Shown here: positions 51,112-60,966 of the stretch, in pieces | Numbering within the stretch: position 1 is the first letter of the stretch | Layout of the letters: every line of letters begins with the position of its first letter | Source of the DNA: an uncultured Prochlorococcus sp. | GTDB lineage: Bacteria; Cyanobacteriota; Cyanobacteriia; PCC-6307; Cyanobiaceae | Direction of reading: 5' to 3' | Length of the DNA stretch: 64,000 nt | Assembly: GCA_902538225.1 (NCBI GenBank) | Contig: CACBEF010000002.1 | Span: 96,563 to 160,562 of the forward strand | The notes under the pieces: generated by a model | Database searches by the model: none | What the model saw: the letters and a program-made list of their open reading frames with translations, nothing else | What the model was told of the DNA's origin: nothing | Translations under genes and position numbers: made by a program

Positions 51112-54100
51112 CTAGTAAACTAAAGATTTCAAGTTAACTTGGAATGAATTTTCTTCTAATAATTTGCATGCTCCTTGTATATCTCCTATACAGAATTGAT
51201 CACCAAATTTAACGTAGGTAACACTATTTTCATTTCTTACTGCAGCTAAAACTGGAATCTTAATTCCACATCTATCTTTATCTGGTTTAAATTTAGTTAA
51301 ACAGTTTCTTAAAGTATTTTGTACTCTTACATCTGATGCTTGATAACTTTCAAGATTAATAATAAGCAATTTAAGATTATCTATTTCTCTGCAATCATCA
51401 ATTATTAATTGAGTCTTATCACTTTTTTTATCTATTGTTCCCCACAACAATAATCTAGTATCAGTCAAAAGAAATTCGGACAATCTGACATAGGTTTTTG
51501 GAAAAACTATTGCTTCGCAACTTCCAGAAAGATCTTCAAGCTGAACTATAGCCATCCTATCTCCTTTTCTCGTTGTAATTTGCTTCAAATCAGGGATCAT
51601 TCCAACTAAAGAGACTTTGGTTCTATCTTTTGTTTCTTCTAACTGCGAAATGCTTATAGGTGATACAAGTTTTGCTGGTTTAGTTAAGTGCTTTAGAGGA
51701 TGGTCAGATAAGTAAAAGCCTAATAGCTGCTTTTCTAACTTTAATTTCTCAATAAGTGAATAATCTTCAACCTTAGATAATTGTGAATCTGAAAAAGCAA
51801 CATTAGAAAATTCTTCTTTAGAGTCAAATAGATTACCTTGCCCTGATAATCTATCACGATTTCTTGAAGAGGCCCACTCAATAACATGTTCAAGATCTGA
51901 CAATAACTGAGCTCTGTTATTATCATTTGAAAACTCATCTAGTGCTCCACAATGAATTAGAGATTCAAGACTTCTTTTGTTAAGAACATTAGAAGGTAAA
52001 CGGTCGCACAAATCTGATAATGAATTAAAAGTTCCAAAACTTTTTCGGTTTTCAATTATATTTCTTATTGCAGAATCCCCTAAATTCTTAATTGCAGATA
52101 ACCCGAATAAAATCTGATTATTCTTAATAGTGAAATCAACACCAGAAAAATTAATGCTCGGTGAAATAACTTCTATTCCCATAGAATAACAATTAGAAAT
52201 ATATCTTTGCATCTTATCGCTAGAGCCGGAATTTACGCTTAAAAGAGCTGCCATATATGCAACAGGAAAATGGGCTTTTAAAAATGCAGTTTGATAAGTT
52301 ACAGCACCATAAGCAGTTGAGTGACTTTTGTTAAAGCAATATTCTGCAAATAAAACCATCTGATCAAAAAGATCATTTGCTAATTTTTCATTTACACCTT
52401 TCTTCATAGAACCATCTACAAAAATATTCCTATGCTTTACCATTTCAGAAACTTTCTTTTTCCCCATCGCTCTTCTAAGTAAATCAGCATCACCTAGAGA
52501 ATAACCAGCTAGGTCTTGAGCAATTTTCATGATTTGTTCTTGGTAAACCATAATTCCATAGGTTTCAGTGAGAATTGACTTAATAAAAGGATGAGGGAAA
52601 TCAATCTTTTCGTTCCCATTTTTTCGATTTATAAATTTAGGTATAAGGCCTGCATCAAGAGGACCAGGTCTATAAAGAGCCAGTATGGACGAAATATCCT
52701 CTAGAGAATTAGGTTTGAAATCCTTAACGACCTGTTTCATGCCGGAAGATTCAAGTTGAAAAATACCTTCAAGATCTCCTCTCCCGATAAGCTCAAAGGT
52801 TTTTCCATCATTTTGTGGTAACTCATCAATGTTTATTTTCCTTCCAGTAGATTGATTAATAAGAGAAACTGTCTTTTCAATCATCGTAAGATTCTTAAGA
52901 CCCAAGAAATCCATTTTCAATAATCCAAGTGATTCGATATCGTCCATAGAATATTGGGTTATTATTTGTCCTTCATTATTTCTTTGAAGAGGTACAAGTT
53001 CGTCAAGAGGATCTGATGCGATAACAACTCCAGCAGCATGAACTCCATATGTTTTATTAGTTCCTTCAATTCTCAAAGCCAAATCAACCCATTTTTTAAC
53101 CCTATTATCATTAATATATTTGTCTCTAAACTCTTGGCTAGGTGAATTCTTATCAATCATTTCATTTAATTTATAAGGTTTACCTCTTACAACCGGTATT
53201 AACTTAGCCAATTTATCTGCCTCTCCATATGGTATATCTAGAACCCTTGCAACATCTTTTAAAACAGCCTTAGAAGTCATCTTATTGAAAGTAATTATTT
53301 GCGCAACTTTATCCTCTCCATAACGATTAGTAACATAATCAATAACTTCGTTTCTCCTATCAATACAAAAGTCGGTGTCAATATCTGGCATTGACTTTCT
53401 TGCTGGATTTAAAAATCTCTCAAACAACAATCCATGCTCAACAGGATCTATATTTGTAATTTGAAGAGCATAAGCTACTAGTGAGCCTGCTGCAGAACCT
53501 CTACCTGGTCCTACAGGGATAGAGTTATCTCTAGCAAATTTGATGTAGTCCCAAACAACCAAAAAATAATCTGGGAAGCCCATATCTTTAATAATTTTTA
53601 ATTCTGAAGATAGTCTTTTTTTATAATTCTCATCAACTTCTGTAAGATCACTTTTTTTAAGTCTTTTTAAAAGGCCGTTATTAGATAATTGTTTAAGGAA
53701 AGAAAATGAATCTGTATCTTCGTCAAGAGGGAATTTTGGCATTCTATAATTACCAAACAAATCAAATACTTCAATTTTTTGAGAAATTTCTACAGTATTG
53801 TTTACTGCCTCAATAATTGATTCATCATCAATATGATCTTTAAAAAGTTCAAGCATTTCATTTTCACTTTTAATATATTCTGTTCCGGTATATCTCAATC
53901 TTTTTTCATCACTTATTAGTTTGCCTGTTAATACACAAAGTAAAGCGTCATGTGCTTCAACATCCATACTTGATAAGTAGTGGGCATCGTTGGTGGCGAT
54001 GACTTTTATTTGGTGCTTCTTCCCAATTTTTATTAATTCAACGTTAACGATTCTATCTTCAATAGAGCCGTGATCTTGTATTTCTAGATAAAAGTCATCT

Positions 54101-54615
54101 GCAAATAATTTTTTATACCAAAGAGCTATATCCTCTGCCACGTCTAATCTACCTTTTAAAATAGCCTGAGGTATCTCTCCACCAAGACAAGCTGTAGAAA
54201 CTATCAGGCCATCACTATATTTGTTTAAAAGAGATTTATCAATACATGGTCTAGAAAAAATGCCTCGGCCTCTCATCCCATTTAGGTGACTAATTGTTGT
54301 CAACTTCACTAGATTCTTATAACCAGTATGATTTTTTGCTAAGACCACCAAATGATATCTTTTTTCTTTTTTTGGTTGAGGATCATCAATAGAACCATTA
54401 ATCACGTACATTTCATTACCAATAATTGGTTTTATACCTTTCTCTTTACACTTCTTGACCAAATCAAGAACACCATACATAACTCCATGATCAGTAAGAG
54501 CTATCGATTCCATTCCAAGATCACAAGCTCTATCTACAATTTTTGAAATTTGACTGGCTCCATCAAGTAAGCTGTAGTCACTATGATTATGAAGCGGAAT
54601 GAAAGCCATATTCAA
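51112..54615 (-). CDS. dnaE: DNA polymerase III alpha subunit (contiguous, intein-free)
   Basis: HSDYSLLDG PHP domain, GPGRGSAAGS, PDIDTDF, KMDFLGL, FAEYCFNKSH. Confidence 0.98.
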   Translation of the reverse strand: MNMAFIPLHNHSDYSLLDGASQISKIVDRACDLGMESIALTDHGVMYGVLDLVKKCKEKGIKPIIGNEMYVINGSIDDPQPKKEKRYHLVVLAKNHTGYKNLVKLTTISHLNGMRGRGIFSRPCIDKSLLNKYSDGLIVSTACLGGEIPQAILKGRLDVAEDIALWYKKLFADDFYLEIQDHGSIEDRIVNVELIKIGKKHQIKVIATNDAHYLSSMDVEAHDALLCVLTGKLISDEKRLRYTGTEYIKSENEMLELFKDHIDDESIIEAVNNTVEISQKIEVFDLFGNYRMPKFPLDEDTDSFSFLKQLSNNGLLKRLKKSDLTEVDENYKKRLSSELKIIKDMGFPDYFLVVWDYIKFARDNSIPVGPGRGSAAGSLVAYALQITNIDPVEHGLLFERFLNPARKSMPDIDTDFCIDRRNEVIDYVTNRYGEDKVAQIITFNKMTSKAVLKDVARVLDIPYGEADKLAKLIPVVRGKPYKLNEMIDKNSPSQEFRDKYINDNRVKKWVDLALRIEGTNKTYGVHAAGVVIASDPLDELVPLQRNNEGQIITQYSMDDIESLGLLKMDFLGLKNLTMIEKTVSLINQSTGRKINIDELPQNDGKTFELIGRGDLEGIFQLESSGMKQVVKDFKPNSLEDISSILALYRPGPLDAGLIPKFINRKNGNEKIDFPHPFIKSILTETYGIMVYQEQIMKIAQDLAGYSLGDADLLRRAMGKKKVSEMVKHRNIFVDGSMKKGVNEKLANDLFDQMVLFAEYCFNKSHSTAYGAVTYQTAFLKAHFPVAYMAALLSVNSGSSDKMQRYISNCYSMGIEVISPSINFSGVDFTIKNNQILFGLSAIKNLGDSAIRNIIENRKSFGTFNSLSDLCDRLPSNVLNKRSLESLIHCGALDEFSNDNNRAQLLSDLEHVIEWASSRNRDRLSGQGNLFDSKEEFSNVAFSDSQLSKVEDYSLIEKLKLEKQLLGFYLSDHPLKHLTKPAKLVSPISISQLEETKDRTKVSLVGMIPDLKQITTRKGDRMAIVQLEDLSGSCEAIVFPKTYVRLSEFLLTDTRLLLWGTIDKKSDKTQLIIDDCREIDNLKLLIINLESYQASDVRVQNTLRNCLTKFKPDKDRCGIKIPVLAAVRNENSVTYVKFGDQFCIGDIQGACKLLEENSFQVNLKSLVY

Positions 54616-54693
54616 ATAATTTATATATATAAGATAGAGAAAATTTCTAAAAGATCTATACTTTGTGATTACAAATTAATTATTAATACAAAT

Positions 54694-56142
54694 TTAAAAT
54701 AAAGGTCTGTTTTTAATTATCTGAGCATCAATTTCAAAGATATTTGCGGCATTCAATATTTTATCTTCTTCTAGTACATTACCTATTAATTGTATTCCAA
54801 TAGGTAATCCTTTAGTATCAAAACCACAAGGAATACTGATTGCTGGGAGGCCTGCTAAATTAGCAGGAACAGTTAATAGATCAGACAAATACATTGAAAG
54901 TGGATCATTGACAAAATCTCCCTTCAAAAAAGCAGTGGTTGGGCAAGTTGGAGTTAATAAAACATCTACTTTCTTAAAAGCATTATCAAAATCTTTTCTT
55001 ATAAGTGTCCTAACTTTTTGTGCCTTCTTGTAATAGGCATCGCTGTATCCAGCTGACAAAGCATAAGTACCTATCAAAATTCTTCTTTGTACCTCATCTC
55101 CAAAACCTTCAGCTCTACTTTTTGAAGTCATATCTATAAGATTTGAACCTTCATTTGATCTGTAGCCATATTTAACTCCATCATATCTAGCTAAATTTGC
55201 TGAGGCTTCAGATGGTGCAATGACATAATATGTCGCAATTCCATCATTAAATCTAGGACATTCAATTTCTATAATTTCAGCACCTAAAGATTGAAATCTA
55301 TCTACTCCAGAAAGAACAGATTCCTTAACTTCAGGATTAAGCCCTAGGTGATCAAAACATTCTTTAATGATTCCAATTTTTAAACCCTTTATAGATTTAT
55401 TTAATTCAGTCAAATAATTTGGTACTGGCTTATCAAGACATGTTGAGTCAAAGGGGTCTTTACCAGATATTGAATAAAGAATTTCAGCCGCATCTGAGAC
55501 AGTATTTGTAATTGGGCCAATTTGATCAAGAGAGCTAGCAAATGCTACAAGTCCCCATCTGCTAACTCTGCCATAAGTAGGTTTAAGACCTACGACGCCA
55601 CAAAAAGAAGCTGGTTGTCTTATTGAGCCTCCTGTATCAGAACCTATAGCCGCTGCACAAAAACCAGCGGCAACTGAAGCAGCACTACCGCCTGAACTGC
55701 CTCCTGGCACTCTATTAATATCCCAAGGATTTGAAGTGACACCAAATACAGAAGTTTCCGTTGAACTTCCCATTGCAAATTCGTCTAAATTTGTTTTTCC
55801 TAAACAAATTCCCCCTGAAGACCATAATTTACTCGAAGCGGTGGATTCATAAGGCGCAACAAAGCCTTTGAGCATTTTACTTGCACAAGTTGTTGCCACT
55901 CCTTTGATGCAAATATTATCCTTTATTGCTATTGGCATACCCGCGAGAGGAGGCAGTTTTTCTTTATTTTGAATTAATTTATCAATGTTCTCTGCTTGCG
56001 CGATAGCATTATCTTTTGTAGTACAAATATAAGAGTTAATTTCAGGATCTTTATGATCTATTTTGTCAAAGATATCTTTAACTAATTCCTTAACAGAAGC
56101 ATTATTGCTGGTAATTTCTTTTCTTAAAGAATTAAAATTCAT
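54694..56142 (-). CDS. gatA: Glu/Asp-tRNA amidotransferase subunit A
   Basis: [34 protein letters not shown]. Confidence 0.97.
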   Translation of the reverse strand: MNFNSLRKEITSNNASVKELVKDIFDKIDHKDPEINSYICTTKDNAIAQAENIDKLIQNKEKLPPLAGMPIAIKDNICIKGVATTCASKMLKGFVAPYESTASSKLWSSGGICLGKTNLDEFAMGSSTETSVFGVTSNPWDINRVPGGSSGGSAASVAAGFCAAAIGSDTGGSIRQPASFCGVVGLKPTYGRVSRWGLVAFASSLDQIGPITNTVSDAAEILYSISGKDPFDSTCLDKPVPNYLTELNKSIKGLKIGIIKECFDHLGLNPEVKESVLSGVDRFQSLGAEIIEIECPRFNDGIATYYVIAPSEASANLARYDGVKYGYRSNEGSNLIDMTSKSRAEGFGDEVQRRILIGTYALSAGYSDAYYKKAQKVRTLIRKDFDNAFKKVDVLLTPTCPTTAFLKGDFVNDPLSMYLSDLLTVPANLAGLPAISIPCGFDTKGLPIGIQLIGNVLEEDKILNAANIFEIDAQIIKNRPLF

Positions 56143-56172
56143 TTCTTAATTTATTTCTTAAAATCAAAGTTT

Positions 56173-56388
56173 TCAAACAGTTAATGGTTCTTCTTTTTTG
56201 CAACGTACTAAACTGTATTTAATATTTTTAGACCCTTCATCAGAAAGATCTTTAATAAAAGAAGATATATTTTCTTTTAAACTACGTTTAGTTATAAATG
56301 GGCCAAACCAGTAAGTGTTACTAGGTTGATCTGTCTCAATTTTTGCCCACCAGGCTAAACCAAGTTTGTTTCCAAAGTTTCTAATCAA
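56173..56388 (-). CDS. DUF1816-like protein
   Basis: LGLAWWAKIET..P..TYWFGPF. Confidence 0.8.
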   Translation of the reverse strand: MIRNFGNKLGLAWWAKIETDQPSNTYWFGPFITKRSLKENISSFIKDLSDEGSKNIKYSLVRCKKEEPLTV

Positions 56389-56536
56389 TTTTTTTGGCCT
56401 GTTAAACCATCAATTCTTGTTAAATTCTATACAATTTTGTAGTGAAAATTCAATATATTTTTATTAATCATATTAATGTATTGAAACAACAACATTTTAG
56501 CTGTCTTTAAAAACAGTGATTATTAACAATAATAAA

Positions 56537-57541
56537 TTATTTACCTGTCAAGTGAAATAGGGATATGGCGGCCGCCACAGAGGCATTTAAACTTGAAGTC
56601 TTACCTTTAAGAGAAATACTTAATATAAAATCGCATTTTTTCTGAGTAAGCAAAGAAATACCTTTATCTTCAGAGCCAACTACAACTACCAAAGGTGCTT
56701 TTTCTTGAAAATTTGAGATAGATATTTGACCATCTCCAGATAAACCTACAACAAGAAAACCATTTTTCTTAAGTTCATCAAGTGCTCTATTTAAGTTAAC
56801 AACTCTACTTACATGAAGGTGTTCTAAGGCTCCTGCAGCTACCTTGGCGACTGTTCCTGTCAATCCTGCAGACCTTCTCTGAGGAATAATTACACCCTTA
56901 CAATCAAATGCTTCAGCTGATCTTATAATCGCACCAACATTATGAGGATCAGTTATACCATCTAATGCTACTAATATAGGATTTGCACAATTTTGTTTAG
57001 AAAAATCGATTAATTGTCCTAGGGATATTGTTTTAGAGCATGCTAACTGCAATGCGACACCTTGATGTGAAGCACCATATGTCAATTGCGAAAGCCTGTT
57101 CCAAGAAACTTCTTCAATAAGAACTCCTTTTGATTTAAGATCCTTAAGCAAAATATAGAATTTGTCTGAAGAAAAAATTTCGGAGGTACACCAAATCCTA
57201 TTAATCGCTCTATCACTACTAAGAGTCTCATAAACCGAATGTTTGCCCCATATCCAATCATCAAAATTTTTCTTATTAGTAAACTCTTGATGCTTATCTG
57301 AATTTTTATTAGGAAATTCTGTATTAGATTTAAATCTTGGATTTCTTCTTTTTAAAGACGAAAAAGTACTATTTTCATCATTTTTTTTTAAATTTTCAAC
57401 TTTCTTATTTTTAGCAGAATTGTTCAAAAATCTATCATTTTTTTCTGAACGATTTGTATTTTTTGAGTAATAATCAAAATCTGAACTTTTTTTGTACTCT
57501 TTATTTTTTTTTCCGCTAAATTTATTTGAGGAGTTTTTCAT
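56537..57541 (-). CDS. rlmB: 23S rRNA Gm2251 methyltransferase (TrmH family) with basic N-terminal extension
   Basis: WGKHSV, HQGV, DPHNVGAIIRSA, GSEDKG, SLNASVA. Confidence 0.92.
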   Translation of the reverse strand: MKNSSNKFSGKKNKEYKKSSDFDYYSKNTNRSEKNDRFLNNSAKNKKVENLKKNDENSTFSSLKRRNPRFKSNTEFPNKNSDKHQEFTNKKNFDDWIWGKHSVYETLSSDRAINRIWCTSEIFSSDKFYILLKDLKSKGVLIEEVSWNRLSQLTYGASHQGVALQLACSKTISLGQLIDFSKQNCANPILVALDGITDPHNVGAIIRSAEAFDCKGVIIPQRRSAGLTGTVAKVAAGALEHLHVSRVVNLNRALDELKKNGFLVVGLSGDGQISISNFQEKAPLVVVVGSEDKGISLLTQKKCDFILSISLKGKTSSLNASVAAAISLFHLTGK

Positions 57542-57545
57542 TTAT

Positions 57546-57944
57546 TCAATTCATTTGTAATTCTAAATATTCAAAAAGTGTTGATAATCTTTGAGGATCT
57601 TTTAAAAATAGCCAGCCAATAAGAGTTTCAAAACCAGTTGCTCTAGAATATATGGTAGGGTCTGAAGATTTGGGATATCTCTTTGTTTTATTTCTAGCAC
57701 GTTTAATTAGATCCATTTCATTTGAATTTAATAAATGTTCAATTTGACTTAATGATTTTGACTGAGATTTTGCTTTTACTTCGTTTACTACAGATAAATG
57801 GAGATCTTTTGATTTTAAAGGGAAATGAACATGCCTTAGTCGTTGGTGAAGCTCCCATACCGAATCTCCAAGCCAGGCAAGTTGAATAACACCTATATCC
57901 TCAGGAGATCCATATGGAACCAAATTTTGAATCCAATAATTCAA
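57546..57944 (-). CDS. mrnC: Mini-ribonuclease III
   Basis: LAWLGDSVWEL, RARN, YSRATGFETLIGWL. Confidence 0.9.
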   Translation of the reverse strand: MNYWIQNLVPYGSPEDIGVIQLAWLGDSVWELHQRLRHVHFPLKSKDLHLSVVNEVKAKSQSKSLSQIEHLLNSNEMDLIKRARNKTKRYPKSSDPTIYSRATGFETLIGWLFLKDPQRLSTLFEYLELQMN

Positions 57945-58306
57945 TTCTTTAAATAATTTAATGCATCTTCAAGGCTTGACTTCAAGTTAAGAAAATCCCC
58001 TAAACGAACAAGTTTAATTGTTTGGGCCACTCTCGAATTGCCAACGACAGAGAACCCAAGTTTCGACTTTTTGCATTCTTTTGCAGTTTGAACAAGTGCT
58101 CCAAGACCCGAGGAATCTAAAAAATCAATTTTTGTTAGATCAATAACGAATGGATGATCATTTTTTAAATTATTAGTAACAAAAGTCTTAAATTGTTTTT
58201 CTGAGAAAGCATCAAGTTGGCCTTTAAAAGTAAAAACCATAATGTTTGTTTTAACCTCTAGGTTTCCTCTTAAAGAAACGGTTAACTTCTGGAAATCTTC
58301 TATGAT
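57941..58306 (-). CDS. STAS-domain anti-sigma-factor antagonist (probable ATC start at 58306; first ATG at 58240)
   Basis: GQLDAFS, IDFLDSSGLGALV; frame extends upstream through LTVSLRG to an ATC 6 nt after GGAGG. Confidence 0.85.
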   Translation of the reverse strand: MIEDFQKLTVSLRGNLEVKTNIMVFTFKGQLDAFSEKQFKTFVTNNLKNDHPFVIDLTKIDFLDSSGLGALVQTAKECKKSKLGFSVVGNSRVAQTIKLVRLGDFLNLKSSLEDALNYLKN

Positions 58307-58367
58307 CTAATACCTCCAAAAAATTAATATATCAAATGTAATTATCAAATCAAAAGAAAACAATATG

Positions 58368-59507
58368 TCAACATCTTTCTAACATTAGAGAAACAAATTT
58401 TTTAAATAAATAATCTGAATCATGTGGGCCAGGCCCTGCTTCTGGATGATATTGCACACTAAATATAGGCTTATTATAAACCTCTAGGCCAGCTACAGTA
58501 TTATCATTGAGATTATAGTGGGTAATTCTAACTATGTCCTTTGAAAGAGAATTGGGATCAAGAGCAAAACCATGATTCTGACTAGTTATCTCAATTTTAT
58601 TATTTTCACCACAAGGATGATTTAAACCACGATGTCCAAAAGGTAATTTATAAGTTGCACCTCCTAATGCTAATCCAAATATTTGGTGGCCGAGGCAAAT
58701 TCCAAACATAGGTATTTCACCATATTCAATGAGTGATTTTGCTAAGTCTATACCTTCAGAAACAGAAGAAGGATCGCCTGGACCATTTGAGAAAAATATA
58801 CCATCTGGCTTGTTAGACAGAACATCATCTAGAGAAGATCGAGAAGGTAAAACCAAAACTTCACAGCCATGGGATACAAGTCTATTTAGAATTGAATTTT
58901 TAATTCCAAAATCAATTGCTACTATTTTTAACTTTTTAGAAGATTCTTCATATCTTTTTCTTAAATCAAAAATTGTTTGCGTATGACTTTTCCATAAATA
59001 TTGTTGCTTTGTTGAAACAACATTTGATAAATTTAAACCCTCCATCTTTGGGGTATCACAAATTATCTTTAAACAACTTTCATCAGTTTTATCTAAAGAG
59101 GTAATAACTCCATTCATCGCGCCACTAGATCTTAAAATTTTAACAAGAGCCCTCGTATCAATTCCATATAAACCTATGATATTTTTCTCAACTAACCATT
59201 GATTAAAATTCTTTTTAGATCTCCAATTGCTGCTATTAGATGAAAAATTTCTAACAATTATACCTTTAACATTGATATTAGATTCTGAATCTTCAAAATT
59301 AATTCCAGTATTTCCAATCTCTGGATAAGTGAATGTTAATAGCTGTCCATAATAACTTGGATCAGTAATAACTTCTTGATATCCGGTCATTCCCGTATTA
59401 AAAACTATTTCACCAATAGCTGTACCAGAAGCACCAAAAAAGAAACCTGGAAAAACAATTCCATTACTTAAAACTAATTTCGCGTTTTTCTTATATTGAT
59501 TAATCAT
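58368..59507 (-). CDS. carA: Carbamoyl-phosphate synthase small subunit
   Basis: GEIVFNTGMTGYQE, SNGPGDP, GICLGHQ, QYHPEA. Confidence 0.97.
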   Translation of the reverse strand: MINQYKKNAKLVLSNGIVFPGFFFGASGTAIGEIVFNTGMTGYQEVITDPSYYGQLLTFTYPEIGNTGINFEDSESNINVKGIIVRNFSSNSSNWRSKKNFNQWLVEKNIIGLYGIDTRALVKILRSSGAMNGVITSLDKTDESCLKIICDTPKMEGLNLSNVVSTKQQYLWKSHTQTIFDLRKRYEESSKKLKIVAIDFGIKNSILNRLVSHGCEVLVLPSRSSLDDVLSNKPDGIFFSNGPGDPSSVSEGIDLAKSLIEYGEIPMFGICLGHQIFGLALGGATYKLPFGHRGLNHPCGENNKIEITSQNHGFALDPNSLSKDIVRITHYNLNDNTVAGLEVYNKPIFSVQYHPEAGPGPHDSDYLFKKFVSLMLERC

Positions 59508-59521
59508 CAATTTGAAATTAA

Positions 59522-60556
59522 CTAATTTGCGGATAAATAATTTTTTAAAAGTAAAAACTTCTTCCAAGGATCTCCTTGATTAATAGAAAATAAAGCTTTA
59601 TTAAATCCTTCATTTAAATCATCCTCAATTCCTGCTGCCCAAAGCACTAAAGCAGTGTTCAAGGCAACTACATAAATATGACATTTTTGTCCAGAACCAT
59701 TTAAAACAGACTTTAATATTTCCTCGTTAGATTCAATATCAGAAACTACAAGTTTTTCGTTAGAGATATTTTCATGATTAAAATCTGAAATATTTACTTC
59801 TGAAAACCGTAATTCACCATTTTCAACAAATACTAATTTATTTTCTCCTTGAAGCGAAGCTTCATCAAGGCCGCCAGAACCATGAACGACTACTGCTCTA
59901 TTCATTCCCATTTTCAAAAGCGCGCTTCCCATAGGTTTTAAAAGTCCCTCAGAAGCAACACCCAAAACTTGCGCATTAGGTCTTAAAGGATTTACTAATG
60001 GTCCAAGTTGATTAAATACTGTCCTTATTCCAAGGGTCTTTCTTAATGGAGCAAGTTTTATTAAAGATTTATGCCAAACAGGTGCGAACAAAAAAGTTAT
60101 TCCAATTTTACTTACGGCTGTGATTACTCTTTCTAATGAACAATTTAAATCCAAGCCAAGATTCGACAAAACATCAGCAGAGCCAACTTTCCCACTAGCA
60201 CTTTTATTTCCGTGTTTTGCAATTTTTACCCCACAAGATGCAGCTACAAATGCTACTGCAGTTGAAATATTAAAAGTATTAGCTCCATCTCCCCCTGTTC
60301 CACAAGTATCTACCAAATACAAATTTGGTCTTGCTACTGGCAATTCGCAAACATTTAAAAGTTCTTCCGCCATAGAACTTAGTTCGACGCCTGTAGAGCT
60401 TTTAGCTCTCAAAGCACTCAAAAAAGCTCCGGTTTCAACATCTGAAATTTCATCATTAAGCCATCTTTGCATTAAGGATCTAGAAGTTAATTCATCAAGG
60501 TCCCTTCCACTTAACAAATTATTAAGGATTTCAGCGTTTGATAGACTATAAGACAT
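59522..60556 (-). CDS. trpD: Anthranilate phosphoribosyltransferase
   Basis: [29 protein letters not shown]. Confidence 0.96.
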   Translation of the reverse strand: MSYSLSNAEILNNLLSGRDLDELTSRSLMQRWLNDEISDVETGAFLSALRAKSSTGVELSSMAEELLNVCELPVARPNLYLVDTCGTGGDGANTFNISTAVAFVAASCGVKIAKHGNKSASGKVGSADVLSNLGLDLNCSLERVITAVSKIGITFLFAPVWHKSLIKLAPLRKTLGIRTVFNQLGPLVNPLRPNAQVLGVASEGLLKPMGSALLKMGMNRAVVVHGSGGLDEASLQGENKLVFVENGELRFSEVNISDFNHENISNEKLVVSDIESNEEILKSVLNGSGQKCHIYVVALNTALVLWAAGIEDDLNEGFNKALFSINQGDPWKKFLLLKNYLSAN

Positions 60557-60589
60557 TTTTTTATGGAAGAAAAATTATGCAGATAAAAT

Positions 60590-60886
60590 TCAATTTGAGG
60601 TATCAAAACCTGAGCCAACTAAATCTTTATTTGTATTAGAAGGCCTGAAGCTTTTTGACCAAATATTTTTTGTTTTTGAAAAAAGTTTATCTTTAGTGAT
60701 CTTCCAAAAATTTAAAATTTTTTCAATATCGTTTTTAATTTCAATTTCTCCAGGGAAATTAGAATAACGATTTATTAATCTAGCTAAATTTATATAGTCA
60801 AGATCTTCTGGTATTTTTTTAGTGATAAGGGAATCTATAATGCTCTTGTCTGTTTCATGTAATGGATGCGTTTGCTCGTTACCCAT
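60590..60886 (-). CDS. DUF3288-like protein
   Basis: Q.HPL...D, LARL..RY..FPG, GSGFD. Confidence 0.75.
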   Translation of the reverse strand: MGNEQTHPLHETDKSIIDSLITKKIPEDLDYINLARLINRYSNFPGEIEIKNDIEKILNFWKITKDKLFSKTKNIWSKSFRPSNTNKDLVGSGFDTSN

Positions 60887-60966
60887 AAATAAATACTAAA
60901 TCATTTATAAAATTAGCTCACATATTCAAAAATGAAACATTATCTTAATCATATCGGCAAAATAAA

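Noticed and set aside
52321-52350. Possible split or intein-containing DnaE
   Set aside because: The usual insertion point reads contiguously as FAEYCFNKSH in a single 1167-aa ORF.
56389-56536. Possible ncRNA in the DUF1816-rlmB spacer
   Set aside because: AT-rich, with no convincing stem-loop or recognisable RNA motif by eye.
60120-60551. 143-aa ORF antisense to trpD, and similar antisense or alternative-frame ORFs (e.g. 1978, 5919, 12044, 23025, 27712, 36814, 39171, 62223)
   Set aside because: Fully nested in well-supported genes, mostly with the Ser/Ile/Pro-rich composition of codon-mirror frames.
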